Shown: positions 12,193 to 30,952 of the stretch, piece after piece
How positions within the stretch are numbered: position 1 is the first letter of the stretch
Layout of the letters: each line of letters opens with the position of its first letter
Assembly: GCA_002269645.1 (NCBI GenBank)
Contig: NIVC01001460.1
Span: 1-48,080 of the forward strand
Origin: Macrostomum lignano
Taxonomy: Eukaryota
DNA: 48,080 nucleotides
Direction of reading: 5' to 3'
Notes under the pieces: generated by a model
Told to the model about the DNA's origin: nothing
Seen by the model: the letters and a program-made list of their open reading frames with translations, nothing else
Databases searched by the model: none
Made by a program: the position numbers and the translations under genes

Positions 12193-12580
12193 TTCTATCC
12201 AGCAAAAACACTTCGTGCTCACCAATGCTAGACCTTATCAATCTTATCTGAGGTCACTGGGGAAACTATGTAGCTACCGGTAAGGCCATCAATTTCCACT
12301 TAGGCAAAATTGAATTCCCTATTGGAAAATCTGGATGTTACAAATTTTACATCTTGAAATTGGTGAGTTGTTGAGAAATGAAATTAAAAAATGGCGAGTT
12401 CAAGTGTATAGTTTTCAATCAGTCAATCAATCACCCATCAAGCGCTTGAGAAAATTAGATCAAGAACACTCAATCAGAGGCTTCATGACGATTTCCAATT
12501 TGTCGCTAATGCTAAAAAACGTGAAATATAAGCGGTGGCAGGGGGCCGCTTTCCAAACTGCAAATCTTCGCCGCATCGCG

Positions 12581-13609
12581 ATGGCCGAACCGCATCAGCA
12601 GATGCTGCTGTTCCTGCTTCTCGGGAGCCTGCTGCTTGTTCACGCTGAATGCCGCTCCGCCATAGCCAAGTACGCTGTTGTCAGCGCTAGCCAGTGCCTG
12701 AACAAGTCAAAGTCGGTGTGGCAGATCAGCTCCGGGCGCTCCTCTTCAATGCTCGACTGCTTCATGTCGAGTCGGTCGTTCCGTCTCGGCAGCATCGGCG
12801 TGGTGCAGTGGAACAAGCGAGACGCCTCGTGCGCGCTGTTCCGCTTCGGTGAGGTGTGCCGCCTGCTCAACTTGACCAGCTCGTCTACTCCGACTGAGGG
12901 AGTGGCCGCTGAGAGCACCTGCGAGACCGTGGTGGATTCGGAGTACGACGCGATCGCTGCGAACGAGCACTTCAGCGCTGTGTGGGTCGGAGACAGGGGA
13001 CCGGCGCTGGAGAACCTGGTGTGCGGCTTCGAGGGACAGAGGAACCCCGTTAAGTCGCTCAATGTGACCTGGACGAGTGAGGGCGCTCGCATGGACGGAG
13101 TCTCGTCTCGGCTGTGGGTGGACGACCCCACAGGTCTGGACTTCACGGCGTCCTACACCTGGGTGCCGCACCTGAAGAGAACTCCCGGAAGGCGGAGCTA
13201 CATGTCATGGGGCACTTTTGACAGCGCCAGCAAAGAGGAAATTCAATTTTTTGAGAAGAAATCGCTAAATCTATGCTTAAAGTCAATTCCACTAACGAAA
13301 ATTGTCTCCGGATCTGTCCTGCCCGCCAACCCTGACCGATTCTTCATTGTCGGTGTGGTCCGGGACACGGCCGCAGGCAGGATAAAATTCTTTGTCGATT
13401 CGGCTTTTCTGCGCGAGGAAACAAGTTTTGCTGCTTCAAATACGACTGCAAACAGTGGGAAGAGTTTCTGCTTGAAGATCGGCTGGCAGACTGTTTCTTC
13501 AGGCCGGAGCCTGTTGCTCAACGGAGTCATCCGGGCTGTCGCCGTGACAAGTCGGGTTCTGACTGAGGATCAGATCCGGATGCTTTTCCATGAGCAACTC
13601 GAATACTGA
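12581..13609 (+). CDS. Secreted 342-aa protein: signal peptide, PAN/Apple-like domain, LamG/concanavalin-A-like lectin domain; intronless
   Basis: Hydrophobic leader (MLLFLLLGSLLLVHA); Cys pattern SQC..MLDC..WNKRDASCALF; C-terminal ARMDGVSSRL...IKFFVD...LKIGW...LNGVIRAVAVTSRVLTEDQIRMLF typical of the LamG_3 fold. ATG 12581 chosen over 12335 because GC-rich coding composition starts there. Confidence 0.75.
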   Translation: MAEPHQQMLLFLLLGSLLLVHAECRSAIAKYAVVSASQCLNKSKSVWQISSGRSSSMLDCFMSSRSFRLGSIGVVQWNKRDASCALFRFGEVCRLLNLTSSSTPTEGVAAESTCETVVDSEYDAIAANEHFSAVWVGDRGPALENLVCGFEGQRNPVKSLNVTWTSEGARMDGVSSRLWVDDPTGLDFTASYTWVPHLKRTPGRRSYMSWGTFDSASKEEIQFFEKKSLNLCLKSIPLTKIVSGSVLPANPDRFFIVGVVRDTAAGRIKFFVDSAFLREETSFAASNTTANSGKSFCLKIGWQTVSSGRSLLLNGVIRAVAVTSRVLTEDQIRMLFHEQLEY

Positions 13610-13993
13610 GTAAGGCACGGACGACTCAAAGTGCGCCTAGAAGGCACCTGTTGTCAATGTTTCAAATCATCTTGCTTGTCAATTGACCCGAGTTGATGCA
13701 CATGAAAACTGATAGAAACAAAACATATTTCGCTTAATTATTCTTTATATAGCACATTGTCGTGTTTGTGGGATCAGAAAAACTCTATATGCTCTACTCT
13801 GCATATTACCTTTCGTAAAAAATGCTAAAAAGTACACTTGAAACTTGACGCTTAAAAAAACTCCCTGCTTTAATGCACTCGATGGGTTTGCTTCACGCGA
13901 AATGACCAAAACTCATTAAATTATTGCTAATATATATGCATAACGATAAGATCTTAAGATCGGCAATTCTCATTTTCATTCTCAGTGTAAATT

Positions 13994-14482
13994 GCTGAGG
14001 CCGATTCTCATGCACCCGATGGGCTGCTGAGGCCGATTCTCATGCACCCGATGGGCTGCTGAGGCCGATTCTCATGCACCCGATGGGCTGCTGAGGCCGA
14101 TTCTCATGCACCCGATGGGCTGCTGAGGCCGATTCTCATGCACCCGATGGGCTGCTGAGGCCGATTCTCATGCACCCGATGGGCTGCTGAGGCCGATTCT
14201 CATGCACCCGATGGGTTGCTGAGGCCGATTCTCATGCACCCGATGGACTGCTGAGGCCGATTCTCATGCACCCGATGGGTTGCTGAGGCCGATTCTCATG
14301 CACCAGATGAGTTGCTGAGGCCGATTCTTATGCACCAGATGAGTTGCTGAGGCCGATTCTTATGCACCAGATGAGTTGCTGAGGCCGATTCTCATGCACC
14401 AGATGAGTTGCTGAGGCCGATTCTCATGCACCCGATGGGTTGCTGAGGCCGATTCTCATGCACCAGATGAGTTGCTGAGGCC
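13994..14482. repeat. 32-bp minisatellite, ~15 copies
   Basis: Unit GCTGAGGCCGATTCTCATGCACCCGATGGGCT; variants cluster toward the right end. Confidence 0.95.
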
Positions 14483-14509
14483 AATTCAATCTGAAAATCT
14501 GAATCCGTA

Positions 14510-14902
14510 TCAGCTCGACAGAAATGAGGGACATGTCCGTATAGCAGAGCATCCAGTGTCGAAGGATAGCCGTGAAACCGTCTCCGCCTGGCTTGGCGAT
14601 GGTCTCGTGAGCCGTCCTCCCTGCAGATCAACAAGTGGCTCCCAGTCGAGGGCTTTCAGCATTTCAAGGAGCTGCTGCCCAGACTGGGTGTGGAGGGCCT
14701 GCTGGTCTTCAGGACTTAGGCCAACTTGGTCCAACCTAGGTCAGATTTGGTCAGCCGAAAGTGGCATCTCCTGGCTTTGGATGATCAGAGCCGGCTTTCT
14801 CTTGGCCTCAGAGTCGGCAGATGAGGTGGCTTTCGATCTCTTCTGTGAGGTGATGCTACGGGCCTTTTCAGAGCTGTGGGGCGCGCTACCCTGTTGTCCA
14901 GC
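14510..14902 (-). pseudogene. Coding-like fragment with an in-frame TGA; possible SAM-like domain
   Basis: Frame open 14902-14744, TGA at 14743-14741, then PRLDQVGLSPEDQQALHTQSGQQLLEMLKALDWEPLVDLQGGRL, loosely like EPS8-type SAM spacing. Recognised by eye only. Confidence 0.25.
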
Positions 14903-14933
14903 CTATTCAGCGCTGTAAATGTCCGGTTCTTAG

Positions 14934-14995
14934 AAGGGGTCGGCAAACTCTGGACCGCGGGCCACATGCGGTCTGCGAAGCCTCTCCATCCGGTC
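14934..14995 (+). mobile_element. Solo hAT (Charlie-like) terminal sequence
   Basis: AGGGGTCGGCAAACTCTGGACCGCGGGCCACATGCGG resembles the common CAGGGGTCGGCAAAC..GGCCCGCGGGCC hAT end. No partner TIR seen. Confidence 0.45.
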
Positions 14996-15049
14996 CTGGG
15001 GTCCTTTGAGACTTTACAATAGCCAACCGGCCTGCTCGAGGTGCTGTGT

Positions 15050-15720
15050 CTTTTTCAGCTCTCTTCTCTCCTTTAGTTTCTCTACCCTCTCTCCTCTCTC
15101 ACTTCTCTCCCCTCTCCTCCCTCCCCTCTCCCCTCTTTTCTCTCTCCTCTCTCTCCTCTCCTCTCTCCCCTCTTCCCTATCTTCCTGTCTCCCCTGTTCT
15201 CTCTCCCCTCTCCTTTCCCCCTCTTTTCTCTTTTTTATTAGAGGCAGGGGGTTGTGTGCACCCTGGCGCACTTTAAGCGACATAGGCACACAAGCGCGCG
15301 GATACGTACGCAGGCACACACTCACACAGGAGTGCACAGCGGCCCTAACTTTATTTTATCGTTAGGCATGTACACTTCACTGCGCCTTGGGGGGTTGGCT
15401 CTCAAGGCCGTTAATTACACGAGCAGAGCCAAGCCGAGATTCCAATTTAGCCCCAAATTAATGTGACTGCACTTGGAATCGAGCCTGGGTCGCTGGCACA
15501 CCAGAGCAGCTGCGCTACCGCTGGGCTACGGCCCCCCTCTCCCCCCTCTTGCCTCTCTTCTCTCCTCTCTCCCCTATCTCCTCTCTCGCTTCTCCCCATC
15601 TCCTCTCTCCTCTCTCCCATCTCCTCTCTCCTCTCTCCCCTACTCTCCCTCCCATCTCCCCTCTCTCCCATATCTCCCCTCTCCTTTCTCTCCTCTCCTC
15701 TCTCCCTTCTCCCTCCTCTA
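15050..15720. repeat. Two CT-rich low-complexity tracts (15050-15240, 15535-15720) flanking a SINE
   Basis: Polypyrimidine CTCTCC-type tracts of similar length and composition. Confidence 0.9.
15245..15534 (-). mobile_element. tRNA-derived SINE (head ~15534-15465)
   Basis: Minus strand reads GGGCCGTAGCCCAGCGGTAGCGC (A box) ... GGCTCGATTCC (B box) at tRNA-like spacing, with no complete cloverleaf. 3' boundary approximate. Confidence 0.55.
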
Positions 15721-15948
15721 TTGCTCCTGGGAAGGCATAGAAGCTTTCCAGACTTTTAAATTTTGCTTGCAATTCTTTATTTCATAGCTTCATAGCAATT
15801 CATAGCTTCGAAAGCGGTTTTTACGACCTAATCCTTTTCTAAGCCTTTAGTTTATGGTCAGCAAGTGCATGTGCAAACGCAATCTTGCTCTATAAAATCA
15901 TATTTAACTGCATGGCCTCAGATCTCAGATCTGATTCTCAAAAGCATC

Positions 15949-16251
15949 ATGAGACTCAATCTACTACAGCACTGCGTCTACCTCATTATGAACTTGTTCT
16001 CAGCAGCGATGATACTGACGGCATGTCCTGTTGGTATCCAATACCTGCTGCTGATTAGGCACAGCTTGCCTTCGGCCTGCGTAGGGATGATCATGGCCAT
16101 CGTCGGCCTGATGATTGCGGTGTCCTGCAGGGCCACGGCTCGCATTGGCAAACGGCTCATCATCTACATGCCGGACAGGTATCTGGGGGAGCAGAGGAAG
16201 CAGACGGAGACACCCAGCGGGCGAAGCAGCACGAACAGCGACTTGCAATGA
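15949..16251 (+). CDS. Hypothetical 100-aa protein with two hydrophobic segments
   Basis: Non-repetitive ORF: VYLIMNLFSAAMILTACPVGIQYLLLI and ACVGMIMAIVGLMIAVSC, then a basic/polar tail; GC-rich third positions. No family recognised. Confidence 0.45.
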   Translation: MRLNLLQHCVYLIMNLFSAAMILTACPVGIQYLLLIRHSLPSACVGMIMAIVGLMIAVSCRATARIGKRLIIYMPDRYLGEQRKQTETPSGRSSTNSDLQ

Positions 16252-16319
16252 TAACTGTTCTATGTCTGTTTGCTTCCTACTAATTCGCTATGCCAGTACC
16301 TAGCAGATCTCAGGTATTC

Positions 16320-16835
16320 TGCTCACTTCGCTTTCCACCTCTCTTTCCGCTGCTCACTCCGCTCTCTCCCTCCACTGTTGCTCACTCCGCTCTCTCCCTG
16401 TTGCTCACTCCGCTCTCTCCCTGTTGCTCACTCCGCTCTCTCCCTCCACTGTTGCTCACTCCGCTCTCTCCCTCCACTGTTGCTCACTCCGCTCTCTCCC
16501 TGTTGCTCACTCCGCTCTCTCCCTGCTGCTCACTCCGCTCTCTCCCTGTTGCTCACTCCACTCTCTCCCTGTTGCTCACTCCGCTCTCCCTGCTGCTCAC
16601 TCCGCTCTCTCCCTGTTGCTCACTCCGCTCTCCCTGCTGCTCACTCCGCTCTCTCCCTGTTGCTCACTCCGCTCTCTCCCTGCTGCTCACTCCGCTCTCC
16701 CTGCTGCTCACTCCGCTCTCTCCCTGCTGCTCACTCCGCTCTCTCCCTGTTGCTCACTCCGCTCTCTCCCTGTTGCTCATTCCGCTCTCTCCCTGTTGCT
16801 CACTCCGCTTTCTCCCTGTTGCTCACTCCGCTCCC
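16320..16835. repeat. ~23-bp pyrimidine-rich minisatellite
   Basis: Unit TTGCTCACTCCGCTCTCTCCCTG with 21-28-bp variants. Confidence 0.95.
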
Positions 16836-17324
16836 TCCCCCTGTGACACTTAGAAAATCAAGTTTGCTTTTTAAAGTTACAGTACTTTGTATAATTTTAA
16901 TCTTTAACGATCAAACGTTTTTAAAGTGATCTGCGAGCTTGAGAAACCTGACCGGCTTCAATTTTAATGTGAATATTCAAGGTGAATATTTAGTCCCAAT
17001 GCTGATAAGACACTGTACTCGTAGTTACAATGGCTGACCACTCGCTCATGCAATTCTTTTTTAGGGTCAAAAATTGACCTTAGACGTTAGACTACGACGC
17101 AGTGCTCATGTATATGCACAGAGAACCTGATGACTGATATGCTCGCTTGACTGAGACAGTGAAAGTTTTGCATTTATAAGTTTCAGTCAGTTTAATGCCC
17201 GGTCGCGTCAATCGATTATAGCCACTGATTTGAAAGCAATTTCGAATATACATGTACATGTAAATTTGCGCACTACTCCACGTTTTTAACAGTTTTTAGC
17301 ATCTTAGCTACTGAGGGTCTGCAT

Positions 17325-18232
17325 GGGAGGCTGGCCCAGCAACTGAGAATCTGGGAGGCTGGCCCAGCAACTGAGGATCTGGGAGGCTGGCCCAGCAACT
17401 GAGGATCTGGGAGGCTGGCCCAGCAGCTGAGGAGGATCTGGGAGGCTGGCCCAGCAACTGAGGATCTGGGAGGCTGGCCCAGCAGCTGATGAGGATCTGG
17501 GAGGCTGGCCCAGCAACTGAGGATCTGGGAGGCTGGCCCAGCAACTGAGGATCTGGGAGGCTGGCCCAGCAACTGAGGATCTGGGAGGCTGGCCCAGCAA
17601 CTGAGGATCTGGGAGGCTGATCCAGCAGCTAGCTGATAAGGATCTGGGAGGCTGGCCCAGCAACTGAGGATCTGGGAGGCTGGCCCAGCAACTGAGGATC
17701 TGGGAGGCTGGCCCAGTAACTGATGAGCATCTGGGAGGCTGGCCCAGCAACTTAGGATCTGGGAGGCTGGCCCAGCAACTGAGGATCTGGGAGGCTGGCC
17801 CAGCAACTGAGGATCTGAGAGGCTGGCCCAGCAACTGACGATCTGAGAGGATGGCCCAGCAACTGAGGATCTGGGAGGCTGGCCCAGCAGCTGAGGATCT
17901 GGGAGGCTGGCCCGGCAACTGGGGACTGAGGATCTGGGAGGTTGGCCCAGCAACCGATGATCTGGGAGGCTGGCCCAGCAACTGAGGATCTGGGAGGCTG
18001 GCTAAGCAACTGAGGCTCTGGGAGGCTGGCCCAGCAGCTGATGAGGATCTGCGAGGCTGGCCCAGCAACTGAGGATCTGGGGGGCTGGCCCAGCAACTGA
18101 GGATCTGGGGGGCTGGCCCAGCAACTGAGGATCTGGGAGGCTGGCCCAGCAACTGATGAGGATCTGCAAGGCTGGCCAAGCAACTGGGAATCTGGGAGGC
18201 TGGCCCAGCAACTGAGGATCTGGGAGGCTGGT
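17325..18232 (-). repeat. 28-bp minisatellite, ~31 copies; same family as SCAMP intron 4, opposite orientation
   Basis: Plus-strand unit GGGAGGCTGGCCCAGCAACTGAGGATCT is the reverse complement of the unit at 30189-30768. Confidence 0.95.
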
Positions 18233-18695
18233 GACCTAAACAATACAAATAAAACAAAGCAGTGAACCAAGGGGCACTATGGATAAATGAAGAGAACAAT
18301 TTTATTAATTTTGACATAAAATTGAATCAGTTGGCGGGCCACAGCTTAGTGAGCCGTCATCGGGATAGGGGCTCAAACCGGATGTTTGATTAATAATAAT
18401 CGGCATGAATAAAAACAACAAAGGTGGCCTAAATTAAAAGTACAAAAAGTGAGTTACACTATACTTACTGGTTCTCAAAGTCGAAGGCTATTTGAAAGTA
18501 TTTTTAAGAATCATGAAAAACAGGTGCATATAAGTTATATCGGGAGAGATGATGTCAATGAACTAGCGAGGATATAAAAAAATTACAAAAAAAGAGAAAT
18601 TTCTGGAATAATAATTATTTTAGGTTACGATTCACTCAACTTGCTCAATGTTTATTGAATCTGTCAGATTGTAAAATGACAGCCTTTCTTTCAAT

Positions 18696-26389
<7,694 letters not shown>

Positions 26390-26776
26390 GATTTTATTAA
26401 TTAACAAAGATTAAAATACAGCAGCAGTGAATTTTTTCAACCACAGATACTAGAAAATGGACGAATAAACATAAAGTTAAAATATGTATAGTAATTGCTT
26501 AAGCGCATAAAACAAAACTCGTAATAATTGTATGCATAAAATAGATAAAATATAGGAATATATAGGTGTAATAAAAAAATTAAGCTATTTATTCCAAAAA
26601 ATTAGGCTATATAAGTTTAGACGAATTAAAACTATTGTTTGTCGATAAATTTAATATCTCATCTTTCAAGATTTTCTTAAGTACGTTCTTTCACCCTAGT
26701 GAGTCATAAGTAAATATTTTTACTACAGATCTGACGACCTGTCTCTGATCAAATTTTTTTTAGTTCATGAAACACT
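26390..26776. promoter_or_regulatory. Putative bidirectional promoter between CTSD and SCAMP
   Basis: The divergent start codons at 26389 (-) and 26777 (+) are separated by only 387 bp of very AT-rich, repeat-free DNA. Confidence 0.65.
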
Positions 26777-29700
26777 ATGAGTGATTTTGGAGATAATCCG
26801 TTTGGTGATCCTAAAGCTAGCCAGAGCGCGGATCCCTTCTCTGTAAGTTGTAAATTCAAAAAAGTCCAGAATTTATTTATTGGCAAAATGTATTTATTAG
26901 TACTTATAAAGCATATATTAATTTAGAAACCTTTTTATTCTACTAAAAAATAGAAAGCATCATACTTAATTTTTACTAAAGGAAAAGCAATACTTCATAC
27001 TTTACTACATCACAGATAACTCAGGTCATTTAGCAAATTTAGCAATTTAGCAAAAAATCATCTTTAGTAAATAGGAGAGCAGATTCTTTGTTATTATTGA
27101 ATAGATATTTTTGTATCATAAAATTGTAGTAGTAGGTTAGGCCTATGCTATAGAGGTAGAAAGCAATTTCTTTATTCTAACCATATTGGTCTTGTATGAA
27201 GTAGAGTTGGATCAAACATGACATTAATTAACAATTAATTAGCCCTAATTTGTAAAATTTACAAAAGAAATACTTGTAAAATTGTAATATAACCTATTAA
27301 AAAGGTCATTTTTATTTTTAACCCCCCAAATAGTAGGGGCCTAAGGTCTTTTTTAAAACATTAGATCTTAAAAACAAAAAGTATACAAGATCCCTGACCC
27401 TCATTGTGATTGTGTCTTTGTTAATTGGCCTATATAAATAACTTTATATTTAATGTATTTCTACAAAAAATATAAAAAAATTAATATTATGAAAGATAAA
27501 AATATCCTTTTACTTTTGAGTATATCTTAGGCTATTGAGGTATGATTTTAAATTGGTTTTGGATGGCTAGTACAACTTTTAATTTATCATTCAGCTTTGG
27601 ATACTAATATAATTTGAGAATATATATTTTGCATAAAAATAGTTTCATTTAATGCAGGCAATGCCAGGCATCCATTTTGTAAATCTAATGCCATGGTAAA
27701 AGTCTATGAAAAAAAAGATTATAGCTTAGAACTTGTTGCATACTTTATTACAACTTTTATGTCAAATGAAACAGAAATTCTAGCATCCATTGAAAACTCT
27801 GCTATTACATCTTTATAGCTTAGAGCTATACTCAACATAGAAAGGACTTATAAAACACCTCTCATATAGGGATCTATAGCATTAAATTGCAAACTTGGTA
27901 GAACTACATATAAAATAGAGAGTTGAAGTTTTTAGCACACATGCATATTCATCTTTGGCATATTTAAACTCATGCCTACTAAATCAGGACCCATCAGTGC
28001 AACAGGCAGCAAGAGGTTCTCAGGCAGCCACTGTTCAAGACTTCAATCCATTTGAGAAAGGTCAGGAAAGATCCGCGGTTGCTGGGCCAGCTGTTCTCCC
28101 AGCAACTGGTGGAGGCCCACAGCAGGCGGCCCCACCACCTCCATACACGTCCTCTGCCCAGCAGCCCGCGCCATCCAAGATCAACACTGACGAACTGGAA
28201 AAGCGTCAGCGAGAACTCGACGCCAAGGCCAGGGAATTGGAGAGGCGAGAAGAGGAGCAGCGGCAGAGGGAGCAGGATCTGTCTGCTGGCGGATGTGAGT
28301 GAGCTGTGCATCAACTGGGAAACTTTCAGATCCCAATTCACTCGGGACATTCAGATCCCAAAAAACTCTGGGCATGCAGATCCCAAAATCGTCACATCGG
28401 GATGTTCAGATCCCAAAACAGTCGGGGCATTCAGATCCCAAAATCGTCATATCGGGATGTTCAGATCCCAAAACACTCGGGGCATTCAGATCCCAAAATC
28501 GTCATATCGGGATGTTCAGATCCCAAAACACTCGGGGCATGCAGATCCCAAAATCGTCATATCGGGATGTTCAGATCCCAAAACAGTCGGGGCATTCAGA
28601 TCCCAAAATCGTCACATCGGGATGTTCAGATCCCAAAACACTCGGGGCATTCAGATCCCAAAATCGTCACATCGGGATGTTCAGATCCCAAAACACTCGG
28701 GGCATTCAGATCCCAAAATCGTCATATCGGGATGTTCAGATCCCAAAACAGTCGGGGCATTCAGATCCCAAAATCGTCACATCGGGATGTTCAGATCCCA
28801 AAACACTCGGGGCATGCAGATCCCAAAATCGTCACATCGGGATGTTCAGATCCCAAAACACTCGGGGCATGCAGATCCCAAAATCGTCACATCGGGATTT
28901 TCAGATCCCAAAACACTCGGGACATTCGGATCCCAAATCATCACTCGGGACATTCAGATCCCTAAACACAAAAAAAATTTATTTTTCAGTCCGTGCGAAC
29001 AACTGGCCGCCACTGCCTTCATTCTCCCCAATCGGGCCCTGCTTCTATCAGGACATCGATTTAGAAATACCACTGGAGTTCAGAAGGATTGTACAGTTGG
29101 CCTACTACCTGTGGATGGCTCACGCCTCTGTGCTGCTCATTAACATAATTGGAGCGATTACTTATTTTATTGCGGTGAAGGAGAACAAAGCCAATGCTGG
29201 CACAGTGTTTGGCGTATCGCTTATTGTGTTCGTCATCTTCACTCCAGCCTCCTTTGTGTGCTGGTTCCGCCCGCTGTACAGGGCCTTCAAGTGAGCTCTG
29301 GCTGACATACAGAAACTAGGACAGGCATGAGAGATAGGCAGACACTAAAAGAGACAGACAGACACTAGGAGAGACAGACAGACAGATACTATGAAAGGCA
29401 GACAGACACAATTAAAGATAGGCAGACACAATTAGAGACAGGCAGACACAATTAGAGAGAGGCAGACACAATTAGAGACAGGCGGACACAATTAGAGACA
29501 GGCAGACACAATTAGAGACAGGCAGACACAATTAGAGACAGGCAGACACAATTAGAGATAGGCAGACACAATTAGAGACAGGCAGACACAATTAGAGACA
29601 GGCAGACACAATTAGAGATAGGCAGACACAATTAGAGACAGGCAGACACAATTAGAGACAGGCAGACACAATTAGAGATAGTCAGACACAATTAGAGACA

Positions 29701-30952
29701 GGCAGACACAATTAGAGACAGGCAGACACAATTAGAGACAGGCGGACATAATTAGAGACTAGCAGACACAATTAATTAAAGACAGGCAGACACAATTAGA
29801 GACAGGCAGACACAATTAAAGACAGGCAGACACAATTAGAGACAGGCAGACACAATTAAAGACAGGCAGACACAATTAATTAAAGACAGGCGGACACAAT
29901 TAGAGACAGGCAGACACTAAGAGAGACTCACAAAAAACTAGAAGAGTTTTAACTATCTCTTCCAGAAGCGACAGCAGCTTCAATTTCTTCCTGTTCTTCC
30001 TGATGCTGTTTGTCCAATTCTCCATACTGACCATCCAATGCCTCGGCCTGGACTATCTGGGCTCCTGCGGCTGGATCAACGCCTTCGTCATGATGAAGGA
30101 GAGCACAGCTGTGGGCGTCCTGATGCTCATCATCGCCATCGCTTTCACCGCTTTGGCTGCGTTGGACCTTCTGCTGCTGGTTCAGGTGAGTCCTCAGTTG
30201 CTGGGCCAGCCTCCCAAATCCTCATCAGTTGCTGGGCCGGCCTTCCAGATCCTCAGTCGCTGGGCCAGCCTCCCAGATCCCCAGTTGCTGGGCCGGCCTC
30301 CCAGATCCCCAGTCGCTGGGCCAGCCTCCCAGATTCCCAGTTGCTGTGCCAGCCTCCCAGATTCCCAGTTGCTGTGCCAGCCTCCCAGATCCTCAGTTGC
30401 TGGGCCAGTCTCCCAGATCCTCAGTTGCTGGGCCAGCCTCCCAGATCCTCAGTTGCTAGGCCAGCCTCCCAGATCCTCAGTTGCTAGGCCAGCCTCCCAG
30501 ATCCTCAGTTGCTGGGCCAGCCTCCCAGATCCTCAGTTGCTGGGCCAGCCTCCCAGATCATCAGTTGCTGGGCCAGCCTCCCAGATCCCCAGTCGCTGGG
30601 CCAGCCTCCCAGATCCCCAGTCGCTGGGCCAACCTCCCAGATCCCCAGTCGCTGGGCCAACCTCCCAGATCCCCAGTCGCTGGGCCAGCCTCCCAGATCC
30701 CCAGTCGCTGGGCCAACCTCCCAGATCCCCAGTCGCTGGGCCAGCCTCCCAGATCCTCATCAGTTGCCGTGCCGCCCGCAGGTGCACCGCATTTACCGCA
30801 GCACAGGCGCCAGCTTTGCCAAAGCTCGTCAGGAGTTCAGCCAGGGCGTGCTGACCAACGAGGCAGTCAGGGGCGCCGCGGCAGATGCTGCAACAGCCAC
30901 CGCCAGATCTGCCTTCACGGGTGGGGGCAGCGGCAGCGGAGGTCGGTACTAA
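26777..30952 (+). CDS. SCAMP: Secretory carrier-associated membrane protein (SCAMP), 354 aa; exons 26777-26842, 27988-28294, 28990-29290, 29966-30185, 30782-30952
   Basis: N-terminal NPF/DPF motifs (MSDFGDNPFGDP...DPFS|DPSVQQ...DFNPF), coiled coil, NNWPPLP, E-peptide CWFRPLYRAFKSDSSFNF, four TM segments, VHRIYRSTGASFAKARQEF. All junctions GT-AG and in phase (1065 nt). Confidence 0.96.
28325..28962. repeat. 55-bp higher-order repeat (25-bp + 30-bp subunits) filling SCAMP intron 2
   Basis: TCAGATCCCAAAACACTCGGGGCAT alternates with TCAGATCCCAAAATCGTCACATCGGGATGT. Confidence 0.95.
29340..29915. repeat. 20-bp minisatellite filling SCAMP intron 3
   Basis: Unit GACAGGCAGACACAATTAGA. Confidence 0.95.
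30189..30768 (+). repeat. 28-bp minisatellite filling SCAMP intron 4
   Basis: Unit CTGGGCCAGCCTCCCAGATCCTCAGTTG, ~20 copies, starting right after the GTGAGT donor. Confidence 0.95.

Noticed and set aside
10545-14482. CRISPR-like appearance of the 32-bp and 44-bp arrays with palindromic units
   Set aside because: Units are directly adjacent with no unique spacers, no cas genes are present, and the context is eukaryotic.
16270-18317. ORFs over the 23-bp and 28-bp arrays; likewise at 11782-12251, 24973-26068, 28052-29294, 30003-31044, 41883-42442 and 46232-47473
   Set aside because: Tandem-repeat or low-complexity artefacts. Where real exons are embedded (CTSD, SCAMP) they are annotated separately.
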